A stretch of DNA of 64,000 nucleotides from the human T2T-CHM13v2.0 reference genome, Homo sapiens (GCF_009914755.1 NC_060938.1), one strand, 5' to 3'. Shown: positions 11,101 through 24,570, counted from the stretch's first letter. Notes: generated by a model not told the origin, from the sequence alone. Translations and numbers: made by a program.

Positions 11101-12423
11101 TGAGAGGGCAGTCCTCACAGCCCTCGCTCGCTCTCGGCGCCTCCGCTGCCTGGGCTCCCGCTTTGGCGGCACTTAAGGAGCCCTTCAGCCCGCCGCTGCA
11201 CTGTGGGAGCCCCTTTCTGGGATGGCCAAGGCCAGAGCCGGCTCCCTCAGCTTGCGGAGAGCTGTGGAGGGAGAGGCGCCGGCAGGAACCGGGGCTGCGC
11301 GCGGTGCTTGCGGGCCAGCGCGAGTTCCAGGTGGGCGTGGGCTTGGCGGACCCCGCACTCAGAGCGGCCGGCCGGCCCCACCAGCCCTGGGCAGTGAGGG
11401 GCTTAGCACCTGGGCCAGCGGCTGCTGTGCTCAATTTCTCGCCGGGTCTTAGCTGCCTTCCCCCGGGGCAGGGCTCCGGACCTGCAGCCCGCCATGCCTG
11501 AGCCTCCCCCAGCCCTCCGTGGGCTCCTGTGCGGCCCGAGCCTCCCTGACGAGCACCGCCCCCTGCTCCACGGTGCCCAGTCCCATCGACCACCCAAGGG
11601 CTGAGGAGTGTGGGCGCATGGCACGGGACTGGCAGGCAGCTCCACTTGCAGCCCTGGTGTGGGATCCACTGGGTGAAGCCAGCTGGGCTCCTGAGTCTGG
11701 TGGGGACTTGGAGAACCTTTATGTCTAGCTAAGGGATTGTAAATACACCAATCAGCACTCTGTATCTAGCTCAAGGTTTGTAAACACACCAATCAGCACC
11801 CTGTGTCTAGCTCAGGGTTTGTGAATGCACCAATGGACACTCTGTGTCTACCTACTCTGGTGGGGACGTGGAGAACCTTTGTATCTAGCTCAGGGATTGT
11901 AAACGCACCAATCAGCGCCCTGTCAAAACAGACCACTGGGCTCTACCAATCAGCAGGATGTGGGTGGGGGCCAGATAAGAGAATAAAAGCAGGCTGCCCG
12001 AGCCAGTAGTGGCAACCCGCTCCTGTTGCCTTCCACGCCATGGAAGGTTTGTTCTTTCGCTCTTTGCAATAAGTTCTGTTGCTGCTCACTCTTTGGATCC
12101 ACCATGCGTTTATGAGCTGTAACACTCATTGCGAAGGTCTGCAGCTTCAGTCCTGAAGCAGCGAGACCACGAACCCACCGGGAGGAACGAACAACTCCAG
12201 ATGCGCCGCCTTAAGAGCTGTAAGACTCACCGCGAAGGTCCGCAGCTTCACTCCTGAGCCAGCGAGACCACGAACCCCACCAGAAGGAAGAAACTCCGCA
12301 CACATCGGAACATCAGAAGGAACAAACTCCGGACACACTGCCTTTAAGAACTGTAACACTGCGAGGGTCCGCGGCTTCATTCTTGAAGTGAGTGAGACCA
12401 AGAACCTACCAATTCTGGACACA
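11101..12423 (+). mobile_element. LTR12C-like solo LTR (ERV9)
   Basis: TGAGAGG...TCTGGACACA; 4-bp TSD ATAT (11097-11100 / 12424-12427); CpG-rich 5' U3, CCAAT-repeat array, U5 repeats. Inserted in an L2 remnant. Confidence 0.95.
11748..12010 (+). promoter_or_regulatory. LTR12 promoter: five CCAAT (NF-Y) boxes, GATA site, AATAAAA TATA-like box
   Basis: CCAAT at 11748, 11789, 11830, 11908 and 11946; AGATAAG at 11973; AATAAAA at 11982-11988; matches known ERV9 LTR promoter architecture. Confidence 0.65.
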
Positions 12424-13810
12424 ATATCACATGAGCTCCAATGTGGTATCGAGATGAAGGGGAAAAGGGAAATGGGGAAATTTTTTGCTGGGGGTGTTCC
12501 CAGATGAATTCTTTGCTTTATGTGCTTAGAACTCCTTGCTTTTGTAGGTGGACGTGTGGTAAAATGTGTTATATTTGCAGCCATTGTACAGCTATGCCAT
12601 TGTGGAGAATCTTAGGCTTCTTGTGGGGAAAGTATCTGGGAGCTTGTGTGTTGGTCACATTTCTATCATGTCATGTCTGAGATGCCTCCCTGGAAGTGAA
12701 GACAGCCGTATCAGAAGTACTGATCCAGCACTGGATGGGAATCTCACACACACATGCACACACACACGCACACCCCGCATACCTGCTAGGGGCTGACAGC
12801 ATATGCTTTGATGTGCATTGGCACGGATGAGTCAATACGCTTGTTGAAACCAGAGAGAAAAATATGTCATGTTTTTCCCAAACGGTGTTAAGAAAGTACA
12901 AATAAAAAGAAAAGCATTCAAACTGACCACATGTAATTAGACTAGGTGAATACCCTGCCTTCCTCATTCCCTCACTGAGCCTCCCTAAGATATGCTTTTG
13001 GAATAGATACATGTATTTTTTTTTTTCCACAACAGGAGAAACTCGTCTTGAGTGTCTTCTGCTTTTATTATAAAAATAGTTGGATTAATGAGGCACTGAC
13101 TGGCAGTGGAACAGTCTAGCAGATCCCATTAATCTGAATGCATCACATCTGATATTATTGTTCAAAAGCCCTCTTCCCTCTCCCTCTCTTATCATCTTTC
13201 TCCAAAATAAAGAATATTATTTTTTAAATTTCGAAAGCAATGAAGGCCCCAGTGAGTGTATTTATCATGAATTAATCTCCTTCCTAGGAGATTGAAGGTC
13301 CTCTGGGTGGGCCTTGCTGCTAATATCATCCTCCTGAGTGTGCAGTCATCTTCTAATAAGCATGGTCTCTATCATTATTGCTTAATAGCTTTATTAGATT
13401 ACCTACGACGAAGGCTGTCCCAGGCCTTAGTCAAAGACAGTTTAGACAGTTCCGTTGGAAGGGCTGGCGGCCTGGAGCAGGATGACACCCCTGGGGCTGG
13501 AGTGTTGAATGGAGGATGTGTCTCAACCCCCCTGGGCCTGCTCTTGCCTCAAAGTACTTAGTGGTTGGCCCAAGGGCTGGCACTCCTCAGGGCCCTGGCC
13601 CCTGCCTTGGGTATGCTAAAGTGTGAGTAAGTGTTAGAGTGCTCTTGACTTCAGTCCTTATATGTATTTTTAAAAATGGTGCGAGGTGTGATAGGGGTCA
13701 CGCAGTGAAGCAAACCAGAAACCAGCAGTGAAATCCAAATATATTTATGAAAAGAAAAAAAAGAAGAAGGATTTCTGAAATATAACTTTGGAAAATTTTA
13801 GAGAAAAAAG

Positions 13811-13811
<1 letters not shown>

Positions 13812-13859
<48 letters not shown>
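13812..13859 (+). repeat. (TA)n(CA)n microsatellite
   Basis: About 20 CA units next to an Alu tail. Confidence 0.97.
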
Positions 13860-13860
<1 letters not shown>

Positions 13861-13861
<1 letters not shown>

Positions 13862-14154
13862 TTTTAATTTTTATTTTTGAGACAGCATCTTGCTCTTATC
13901 ACCCAGGCTGAAGTGCAGTGGCATGAACATACCTCACTGCAGCCTTGACCTTCTGGGTTCAAGCGATACTCCTGCCTCAGGCTCCCCAATAGCTGGGACC
14001 ACAGGTATGCCACCACGCCTGGCTATTTTTTTTTTTGGAGAGATGGGGTCTCACTGTGTTGCTCAGGCTGGTTTCAAGTGCCTGGGCTCAAGTGATGCTC
14101 CTGCCTCGGCTCCCGAAAATGCTGGGTTTACAGGCATGAACCACCATGCCTGGT
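13861..14154 (-). mobile_element. AluJ
   Basis: Antisense Alu dimer with J-type CTCACTGCAGCCTTGACC and GGCTCAAGTGAT. Confidence 0.9.
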
Positions 14155-15159
14155 CTATTTTTTATTTTTATTTTTTAATACCTAAGTTGTACATGAATCA
14201 ATCATAGTTATAAAAATTTTAGATGTAGCTAATTATTTGCATCCACTACCACATAGAGATCATTCTCTACTTCCTTCCCCCTCCTTTCTCATGACACCTC
14301 AAAAACTTCCCTAAGAATAAAATTCTTGAGCAAAAACGAAATTGTATATTACACATGCATTGAAGAAATTTGGGCCTGGTTTGAACTTATCACAATCTGA
14401 ATATTTCTTTAGAAACCAATGTTTTCCACTTTAAAGAACCCCTGGCTCAAATGCTGGCATAGAATTTTATAAGACCCTGAAGCTTTTAAAAGAACAATAA
14501 CGTTATGAAAAATCCAATGACATGGTTAGACCGTAGAAATTATTAAAGTTTAGTGGAGAAAGCGATTCAATTCTTGGATGAAAAAATAATAATAGCATCC
14601 TAGCTATGAGGACTGGAGCAAACCTTTGGTGTCATTTGGTCTTGAACCCTCATTTTATAGATGAGGAAACTCAGGTCTTTCCAAGATGAAGGTTTTCTTG
14701 AAATTGACACTCCTGCTGTACATGTATTGTCCCTGATATTTAAAGTGGTGCCTTTTGCCAGTCAAATAGAATATTCTTTTACCTTTTGATTGACTCAGCT
14801 TGGTCATCCCATTGTCCTCAATATGCTCTGCTAGTTTATTCAACAAATACACCCTGAGCACCTATCATAGCCAGCCCTGCGGGGACCAAGGTGGCAAGCC
14901 CAGGTCTTTGGAAGAAAGGAGCCCACCAAATACACTAGTGATTATATTATATTAAGCCCTATAATAAAGGCAGAAATACATTCTTGTTTGTATGCCTTTG
15001 TGGGTTTTTTCTGCCTCTAACTCTCTTCCTACTCCTTTATATCCCTTGTATTATCTTTTATGACCTAACTATGCCTTCAGACTACTGTAGCCCACAATGA
15101 TTTCTCCCCTATGACCTTTTTATGCTCATAGTTAAGGTGACAATATTTGAGATGTTTAT

Positions 15160-15558
15160 TGTTATCTCAGTCACAATAGGTTAGGTTACACTGGGGAAAC
15201 AACCTCAAATTTCTGTGGTTTTACATAACAAGATGTATTTCTCATTTATACTACATCTGCCATGTAGGTCAACAGGCGGCTTCTGTTTATTGCAGTCATT
15301 CAGCAGGGTCCCGGCTGACAGAGGCTCTGTCTTGACATGTGCTTCCATGATCACTGCCACGAGGAAAGGAGGTTGGGGTTCGGTTTAACTAAGTGGTTAA
15401 ATATTTTCCCTGAAAAATGACACCCATCACTTCTTATTTTCTTGTCCAAAACAAGTCCCATGACCACACCTTACTTCCGGGTGGGTGAAGTACAATTTTT
15501 TCTTATATGTGGATGGAAGAGAATCTGAATATTTATGAACATATGAATGATTACCACA
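15160..15558 (-). mobile_element. old MLT1 (MaLR) LTR
   Basis: TAGGTTAGGTTAC...AAACAACCTCAAAT...ACAAGTCCCATGACCACACC...TACCACA. Confidence 0.65.
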
Positions 15559-15677
15559 ATTGTATAGATCTTATTAGTCTGCTAGTATTTCAGGTATGTT
15601 TATCTAATTTTATCAAATGATAAAAATCTTAAAGGTAGGGGACCGTGTCCTCCTTTTTTTATTTTGTAAAACCATGT

Positions 15678-15691
15678 CCAGCAGAGGGCAC
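15678..15691 (+). promoter_or_regulatory. CTCF core motif CCAGCAGAGGGCAC
   Basis: Full match to CCASYAGRKGGCRS. Confidence 0.55.
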
Positions 15692-16541
15692 AAAACCAGA
15701 TCCTTAATACATTTTTATTTGACATTTTGATTTGAGATTTTGTAAAATCTTGTTTAAGTCTAGTTTATGTTTTCTTCAGGATCTGGACTTAACTTGTAAA
15801 TTGAGGAGCTTCAGAGACATCTAAAGCTCTATGCTGTTTAGTATTCCTTGCTGGCAGAGCCAAGGGAGGAGTTTTCCAGGCAGGAAGCGTGAACTCACTG
15901 AGGCCTTTTCTAATTCTCAGACCTGTCTAAATGTCCTCAGTGATCCTCAGTCGTTTAACGCCACTCCCAAACTGTCATTTGTTCAGTTTATAACAAACCG
16001 GGCTGGTTGACAACTCAGTGATCAAGTGTCAAGAGTAGACAGACAGATGACCTTTAGAATCCTTCTGAGATTCTTTAAAGTTTCTTTCAAGGAAGATGGC
16101 GACAAAATAAATCCTGTCCCTTTAAATTTGCCGACATCCTCCTGAGACCCAGGGCCTGTAAATAGCTGGGTACTCATCTTTATGAAGCTTCCATATCTTA
16201 AGCTCTTGAGTTCCATCCATCCAGGCCTGTTCACAAGTACTCAGTTCCTGAGCTCTTACTTCACCTCTTGTCTGTGATGCCTCCCAAAACTGTGAGTGCT
16301 TAAGACAGACTCAAAATTAAAATTCAGTGTTCTTTCAAACCGATTATTTACATTTCTGTTCAACATTTATTTTAAGAAGAGGCTGCTTGAGGAAGAATTG
16401 TGATGCTTGATTACTGATGGTAGCACAAAAGCTCTCCTCTGCTGCCCTAAAAAAATCAGCTCTGACTCTGTATCAGTTACCAACATAATACTATGTAACA
16501 AACCAATCCAACATTGTGGTTTAAAACAATAGCCATGTAAG

Positions 16542-16841
16542 GGCTGGGCACTGTGGCTCACACCTGTAATCCCAGCACTTTGGGAGGCCGAGGCGGGCGG
16601 ATCACGAGGTCAGGAGATCGAGACCATCCTGGCTAACATGGTGAAACCCCGTCTGTACTAAAAATACGAAAAATCAGCCGGGCATGGTGGCGGGCCCCTG
16701 TAGTCCCAGCTACTCGGGAGGCTGAGGCAGGAGAAGCGTGTGACCCAGGAGGTGGAGCTTGCAGTGAGCTGAGATCGTGCCACCACACACCAGCCTGGGC
16801 GACAGAGCAAGACTCTGTCTCAAAACAGCAACAACAAAACC
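16542..16841 (+). mobile_element. AluY
   Basis: Diagnostic GGATCACGAGGTCAGGAGATCGAGACCATCCTGGCTAAC and GGAGCTTGCAGTGAG; 17-bp TSD AAAACAATAGCCATGTA (16523-16539 / 16842-16858). Confidence 0.95.
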
Positions 16842-16971
16842 AAAACAATAGCCATGTATGATTTCCCATGGGTCTATGGGTTCACCAGCCAGCTGTGCTC
16901 ATCTGGCCAGTCTTGGCCTCTCCCAGCTGGGCTCATTCATGCATCTGTTCAGCTCGTGGGTTAGATGAAGG

Positions 16972-17831
16972 TGAGACAGGATATTTCCCTTGACCCCTTT
17001 GCAGGACTTGTGAAGGGGTGGTTTGTTTACTCAGCCTGCAGCTCTGAACCCCTCATGGTGGGGGGCGGAACACACAGGTGAGTAGGTACAGGAGCTGGGG
17101 TGAATGAACACTGGAACTGGCTGGTCGCTCCTCTCTGGCAGAAGCAGGCTTTATGTGGGTCCTATGGCAGCATCCAAGTGTGTTACAATGCTCTTTTAGC
17201 TCTGCTGTCTGGAAGAGGGTGTCTGTGACCCCTGCAGCTTCAGAGGGCATGTGTTACAATCAGTGCTGTTTTAGCATTTGCTATCCACAAATGGCTAAGT
17301 GTCACCCAACTGAGTGGAGGGTCAGGGTGCCAGCCTTTTACACCCTGCCCTCTTGGTACCTGAGTTCTTGTCCAGCGTCCAGGAAGAATCAGGTCACATG
17401 AATGAATTGAAGGGTGGTGTATGCAGAAGATTTTATTGAGCAGTGGAAGTGGCTCTCAGTGGGAAGGGGAGCTGGAAGGGGGATGGAGTGGGAAGATAAT
17501 CTTCCCCTGGAGTTCTGCCATCCTTGGCTGAACTCTTCTCCAAAATCCTGCTGTCAGGCCATTCCTCTGAAGTCAAGCTGCTTTTATCTGACATCCAGCT
17601 GCTGCTTTTCTTCTCTCCTTCTCTGCTGCCCTGCTCTGCTCTCCTGCTAGTGGAACTTGGGGTTTTTATGAGTACAGGGTGGGGGTGGGGCTGGCAGGGG
17701 TGGTTTTGGAAAACCAACATTCTGATGGAAAAACAGGGATGTGTGAAGTTCTCATTTAGGGCTGAGGATCCAGGTTTGCCAGGGACCCCACCCTTTTCTA
17801 CGTAGTATTTCCCTGCCTTATGTCCATATCA
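16972..17831 (-). mobile_element. LTR1-family solo LTR (ERV1)
   Basis: Minus strand TGATATGGACATAAGGCAGGGAAATACT...GGGTCAAGGGAAATATCCTGTCTCA; 4-bp TSD AAGG (16968-16971 / 17832-17835). Confidence 0.85.
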
Positions 17832-20531
17832 AAGGCTGCTTCATTGAGGGCCACAGCTAGGATTGCTTTGATCTCCTCCATGGACCTGTCACATGCCCAT
17901 GTCTCACGCCCACACATCCCTTTGGCAGGCTAGCTTCCCTGGGTTCTCGTGACAGTCACAGAGAAACAATGGAGGAAACAGGAAGACTCACACATTTTGA
18001 AGAGCTTTTTAATGTGTCAGATTTGCTACTGTCCCATTGGTCAAAGGAGGTCACATGGCCCAGAGTCAGAGTGGGTGGGGCCTGCACAGTTACAGGATGA
18101 AAAGCCTGAATTTAAGGAGGCCATTAATTAGGGCTGTTCATGCACTCAATCCACAAGAGGCCGCAAACACGCATATCCCACACTGACAACCAAAGTTTCC
18201 AATGATCAGGACCTACTATCTCAGAGGCATTTATTTTGGGAGGAAATTTGTGTTCCGTTGCTGCGCATTTGGGAAATTACTAAGCTTTTACTGTGTATGA
18301 TTGGACACCAGCTGGGTGAGGTAGGAGTGGGACCACTGGACCCTTCTTTCATTTGGGTTTGAGACTCTGGCTGCTCTGAATTACTAGAGCAATCTTGTGC
18401 AATGAGGACTTGGTCATTGTCATTATTATGGTATTGGTCATGCATTTGCAGATAGACGGTAAAACTGATGTTTTTCCTCTTGGTGGGATTTAAATTTAGA
18501 AGGGAAGGGCAAGGGATACAAGGTTTTCCATATAATGGCTTTACTCCCTAAGGAGATGTGGTCGGTCTTGGAGAGACAATAATGTCCTCAATCACAATTC
18601 AAGAGCCACTAAAATGATGTAATGCAAACAGTTTTTTTTATCAAAGGCCACAGAAACTAATTTATATGTTGTACTTTTCTGACCCTTTCTATCTTCCTAA
18701 CTACAGGAGATAAATGATAAATATTACTAAAATATTACACAATTCCAGAGGGATCCCAGAACCTCTTCAACACTGCATTTGTATTATGTTGTAAAACTTC
18801 TCTTTAATTTGGCAGAAAGTATGTTTTTTTAAAAAAATAGTTTTTGGAGTCTGCAAAGAAATGCCTTGTTTGAAGTGAGTTCCTTATCTCATTCAAACTG
18901 GGACCTGCCTGTTAGCTAGGCATGCCACATTAACTGCAGCTCACATGTAGTGCCAGGGGCGACCAGGCTGTTGCTTAACAAGGATGCATAATAGCTAATT
19001 GCATTTTAGGCCATTGGTTTGTCACTGTGACAGTGCCAAGTAACGGTTTCACAAGTGAAGCAGTGAGTCCAATTCTGACTCACTTATGAGCCTGAAAATC
19101 ATAAAACAGTCTGCTCCCCAGGAATATGATGTTCTCAAGGATTTTGGCTTGTACTGTAGCATGTCCCATCCACTGTCAGACTTGATTGAAATCTGTGTCT
19201 CTATTATGGATCCTTGATGTCAATCATCAATTGTCATAATCCTCAGAAGTACTTACTTAGTCTTTTCCCACGTTCTGCATCAATAGCCTGTGGAGACAAA
19301 GGCTGCAAACCAGGAAGGCAGTGTTTAACCTTCCTAATTAATGGCTTCAGATGAGAGAACATCTCCAAGGTGCTCAGAAGAAAGAGATTCTAAGGAGATT
19401 TTATGCATTGCTCTTTTGAGATGCTTTGCATGCTGGTGTATAATTTGCAAGTACATAAGGAAGTGAATGCTCAGAATATAATATTCAGAGCCCATCTATT
19501 TATGTTTGTGTTTAATAAGTTCTTTGTAAATCTCAATTTAGCAGATGTCTTCTGACTCTAAATAAAGCTCTTCATGAGGGAGTCAGTGTGGCTGTATGAC
19601 AAAAGTCACATTATCATTTGAGTACAAATATTTGCAAAATAGAACAAACTGGAAAATTGAGGGGAAAATACCCACTGGAATTTGTGACTCATTAAATTCT
19701 CATGTGCATGACATATTGGGAAAAACTGTGCAGTGCTTCGTTCAGAGGATCCTTTCCCTCTTCCTTTCTTGGCTTTTGGTGCTAATAAAAACTTTATGGA
19801 ATGTATGTGTATGTGTGTGTCCTCTCATGCCCCACTTTTTGCATGAGAGCATGTTCCTAGATGCGTTTATAATGTGGGTACGTGTTGTATTTTATGTTGC
19901 AAAGTCCAAAGGGTACATGAAATGGTCACTGGTCCATTGGCAGGCTTATTTCTAAGGGATGTACAATGGCTTTGTGCCTGTAATAGCCTGCTCCTCACCC
20001 ATGCTCAAGTCTTTGCCCCCAAGATGACATCTCTCCAGTCTCTATCTCCTTCCTCTCTTCTGAATTTGCACGTTCTGTCTTTTTGCCACTATATGTCATT
20101 CTGTGACTGCATCCATGGTGTTTAGGTTGTCTTGGTTCTGATTTTAGTCCCAGATGTTGACATTCAATCTCTATCAGCTCCATCTTCTGTAATCTCTAAG
20201 CAGTCTTGTTTCACTTCTACATTGATCTGAGGTTTGAGGGGTCCTGGCTTCTCTGGGAGATGAACTTAAACAGAAGGGGCACCAAGATGGCATTTACAAA
20301 TCTCTCCAGAGCTTCAGCCTTACAAAATTAGTTATATTCCCCCAAAATAAAACTCCCTTGCTAATCTGCTAGGGTGCCTCCACCAAGGGAAGGATCCAAA
20401 TAATTCTCAACCTGATTTATGTTTTTGGCCTCTGTTACTTCTAGAACTAAGAATTCCATAAGTTTATTACACACTGTGTAAAGTAACATTTTTACTTTCT
20501 CTAAGACATCATCCTTCAAGCCTTGATTCTA

Positions 20532-20873
<342 letters not shown>

Positions 20874-21857
20874 CTATTCATGGGTGCAGACATAACTGAG
20901 AAGACAGATGCCTAGCCAATAATTCCTTCTGTAGGCTATTCAGAAAAGAACTGCCCTTATTTGCAGTTTCCATCAGCAGGAAATACCCCTGTTTGAGGTT
21001 TGTTCTCATCATTCACTGTCTTCTTATAGTAAGCCTACCATGTCTTATGTCCAAGTTTCCTATCCAGTTAGGATTCTTTTTCCTTTGCTCTGAATGTTTC
21101 CACTTTCTGATATTGTATTTAAATATCCAATTAAAGCATTATTTTCCGTACTGCCAATTGGTATCTCCCATTGGCATTTTGATAGGGGGATTCCCATCTA
21201 TGAATCATCCAAGTAGAGATGGAAAGTAAGGTGGTTGGATACTAAGTTCTGGAGCTCAAAGGAGAGATCATAGGTAAAAATATAAAGTTGGGGTCATAAG
21301 CATTGGATGATATTGAAGCCATGAGAATGGATGAGGTCTCTCAAGGAGATAATGTTGAGGAGTGAGAGGAGAATGTTGTTATGACTCAACTCACAATGAC
21401 ACTTCAATTCTACCTGGTTGATATTCTGCTCATCACCTGATTACAGTTATTTGTTTATGTCTTCACTTGTACAGTACTGTATCTTACAGCACAAAATTTC
21501 TTAGCTTCTTTCAAAGATTTGATTTTTAACTGTTGTTAGTGGTTTCTTTTTTGGTAATTACAACTCATCGAAGATGTCATTCAGAAAATCTTTTCTTTTT
21601 GTCCCTGGTAGTCAGGGAAATGATGCCTCTCCAAGAGCGACTGTCCATCTATCTCACCCTTGCCTCCTCTCCTACCACCACCTCCTTCCTCACCTAGTTG
21701 AGATGTCCCGAAGAGAGTTGTATGAAAGTCACCAATACCTCAGGATTAGGAGAAGCATCTAGGCTCCAGTAGGCAAATATTTCTCAGGACCATGGTCAGC
21801 ATAGCACACTTGTCCTGATTTCCACTCTGCCCTCTAAGCCTTTTTCTTCTCCTTTTA

Positions 21858-22000
21858 AAACAGGGTCTTGCTATGTTGCCCAGGCTGGAGTGCAGTGGCT
21901 ATTCACAGGTGTGATCCTAAGTGCACTGTAGCTCTGAGCTCCTGGACTCAAGTGATTATCCTGCCTTAGCCCCTTCAGTAGCTGGGACTACTGTGCCTGG
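21858..22000 (-). mobile_element. FAM (fossil Alu monomer)
   Basis: Single monomer retaining the 7SL-type GCAGTGGCTATTCACAGG segment that dimeric Alu lacks. Confidence 0.8.
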
Positions 22001-24570
22001 TTTCTCCTTAGGTTTTAGTCATTGCTATGTCTGTGAGTCTCCATCTTCAGCTCCTGGTCTCCGTGATTGTTTCTGTCTTCCTAGGGTCAATAAACAGTGT
22101 TTGTGTAGATGAACTATGTTTCTCAAAGTTTTCTCTGCTGCTCATTTCCCACTGTCACATCTTTCAGCTGTGTCAAAAGTCCAGGAAAAGTTGGACGAGT
22201 TACCCCTCACACACTAAAATGATGAATGAAACTGGGAAAACTCTAAGGACACAAATGTGACCTATGTGATAAGCTTATATATGGCCATGAGAAAACAGTT
22301 TTTCTGTGTCTCCCAGTAGAGTGTCAGTTTGTGTGAGAGAGAAATGGACAAATACTCTTGGAGATGAGTAGCCATCAAGAGATTGCCAGGGAGGGGAAAA
22401 AAGCTTTTGGGATGTCATTTTCAAATACATGCATTTATCAAGAAAGAACCATAAGTCAACCAACCTCAAATGCAATATGAGAAATAACCCTACTGGCAGT
22501 TGAGAGTTGGGAGCTCCTTCCTCAAGAAGGAATATGTGAGATCTGCATGTTCCAGTCTAGCAGCTTCTGCAAACTGGAAGAGTTGTTCTTCGCCCCACTC
22601 AGTTAGGGATGGAGCTTGATGTCATGGTGAGATCCCTAAGAACATGCAGAACTTCCTGAGCATGAGTAGTGTGGTGCCTCGGAGGACACACTCTGATAGC
22701 TTTGAAGCCAGTGGAGGATATCCAGCTGTTTTTAGGGTTGTCCTGATGTGTGGGATGTGTTTAATCTTGGGTTGCATGTTTATGTTCATAATTATGCAGA
22801 CTGCTTGTGACTCATAATTGTGTGCATGCCATCACGGGCGTGCCTCTGGAGGCATTCTCATGAGATTAGGGAAATATCTTGATGGGGTTTGTGGGTCAAA
22901 AGATTTGATTGTATGATGGATTCCTGCTCTATTCCTTTACCCTAAGTTAGAGTGTATTCTGGTCTATTTCTAGGATGTTGCCAGTATGTGTGTGTGTGTG
23001 TGTGTGCATGCGTGTATGTGTGTATTTTTTATGATAAAATAAGAATGCCTACTTTCAATTTGGTAAAAAAATCCACCCAGCTCTCAAAATAAAGTAACTC
23101 CAAATCCGCTTAGTAAGAACATATTCTTATTAGAGCTTAACTGTGGCTGAAGGGTGAGGGACAAAAAGAAATCTCTGGAGTCAGCAGGATTGCCCAGGAA
23201 GCTTGCATTCATTGCCAGTATCCACTCTTTTCTGGTTCCTGTAGCCCTGTGTCCTGGCACTGTGTTCTTAGCCTCTGTCAGTTCCTTCCTGCTGTGCCCC
23301 TGCTCAGCTGTGAATACTGAAGCCTTCACAGGGTTAGAACTGCCCAGTGATTGAGCATAGCTTTGCATTCTATCAGTGTGAATGTCCACCGTGGGTGATG
23401 CCTGGATTTAATCTGCAACCTGAAGGGATAATCCTTTGGTTATCTAAAGGGCACTAGATACCCAGAAAGCTGTAGCCTTTATTCCCCCTCATCATCACTA
23501 TGTGGACCCTGTCTGCATGAGGAAATTTCTGTCCCAGTTTTGAGTTTGTCCACCATAGTGGTCTCAGCATTTCTTAAAGCCAAGCCAGCCCACACCACCA
23601 ACATATTTAAAATAGTATGTTCTTACTCTCATAAGTCTTGTATTGCTGTTGGTTTCATTAGTTGAGTATGTTACAGGCTAAACTATGGTCTCCTCTAAGG
23701 TTCCACGAGCAATTTGAGGCCAAGAGAAAATAACTGTGACAGTATTATGTTATTAATAACATAAAATCAATTCACTCATTAATTGCATGAAACCAAATAG
23801 ACAGTGGGGCAGCAACGATTACAGATTTTCTCTGACATGGTTCCCCTCCTCAACCAGTTCCCTTTGGAGGCATGCTAGGCTTGTTGGCCCACTGCCCTCA
23901 TGATAGCATGATGGCAGGAGAGTAAGAGGACTGAAATAGCTGAGTGTCTCTGGGCTGGATCTTCACACAGTCTTTAATTTGGCGAGTCATGTTGTAGGCA
24001 TGGTAACCTAATTATTTCCTGGACAGAATTAACTACACATGTATATTCACCTTCTCTACCTTACTTGCTATCAAAGATCACATCTTTCTCCAGGGCCCTG
24101 ATGCTACTTTTATATCCATTCTCTCCTGCATCACCAGTTACTCCTTCTGAGCTGGTGATTTCCAACAGCATATAAATATGCTGTAAGATCTCCCATGTTA
24201 AAAGACTTTCTCTTGACTCCACTTTTCAGCTCGCCTAAATAGAGAAACTTTTGGAATGCATTATCTGTACTTACTGCCTCCATTTCTTTATCTCTCATTC
24301 ATACTTTAACTTCAGTCAAGTTTCTCCCCAGCACTCCCACTTAAATGTTTTTTCTGTCCACTGAAACCATTCTCCTTAAGGGTAGGTACCAATGGCTTCC
24401 ATGCTGTCCATCCAAAGGGCTGTTCTCTGGCCTCATTAGATTTGACCTTTAAGCAGCATCAACCACTCCAGTTGTTGGCTGGTTGACCTTTTCCTCCATT
24501 TACCATCACTTCCATCTCTTGGCTTCCAAAAAACACTGAACTCTGTTGGTTTTCCTCCAATATCATCAAT

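Larger units (their letters stand above)
16469..18155 (-). mobile_element. MLT1F/G-like MaLR LTR interrupted by AluY and LTR1
   Basis: TGTATCAG...GTAACAAACC...GGTTTAAAACAATAGCCAT; GGGCTCATTCATGCATCTG; CCCATTGGTCAAAG...TCACATGGCC...CCACA. Confidence 0.7.

Noticed and set aside
10940-11669. Long GC-rich ORFs (217, 133 and 88 aa)
   Set aside because: They lie largely in the LTR12 U3, where high GC depletes stop codons; no recognisable protein.
11700-12400. Regularly spaced short repeats that look superficially CRISPR-like
   Set aside because: These are the standard LTR12 U3 (CCAAT) and U5 tandem repeats; no unique spacers, no cas genes, and the context is primate.
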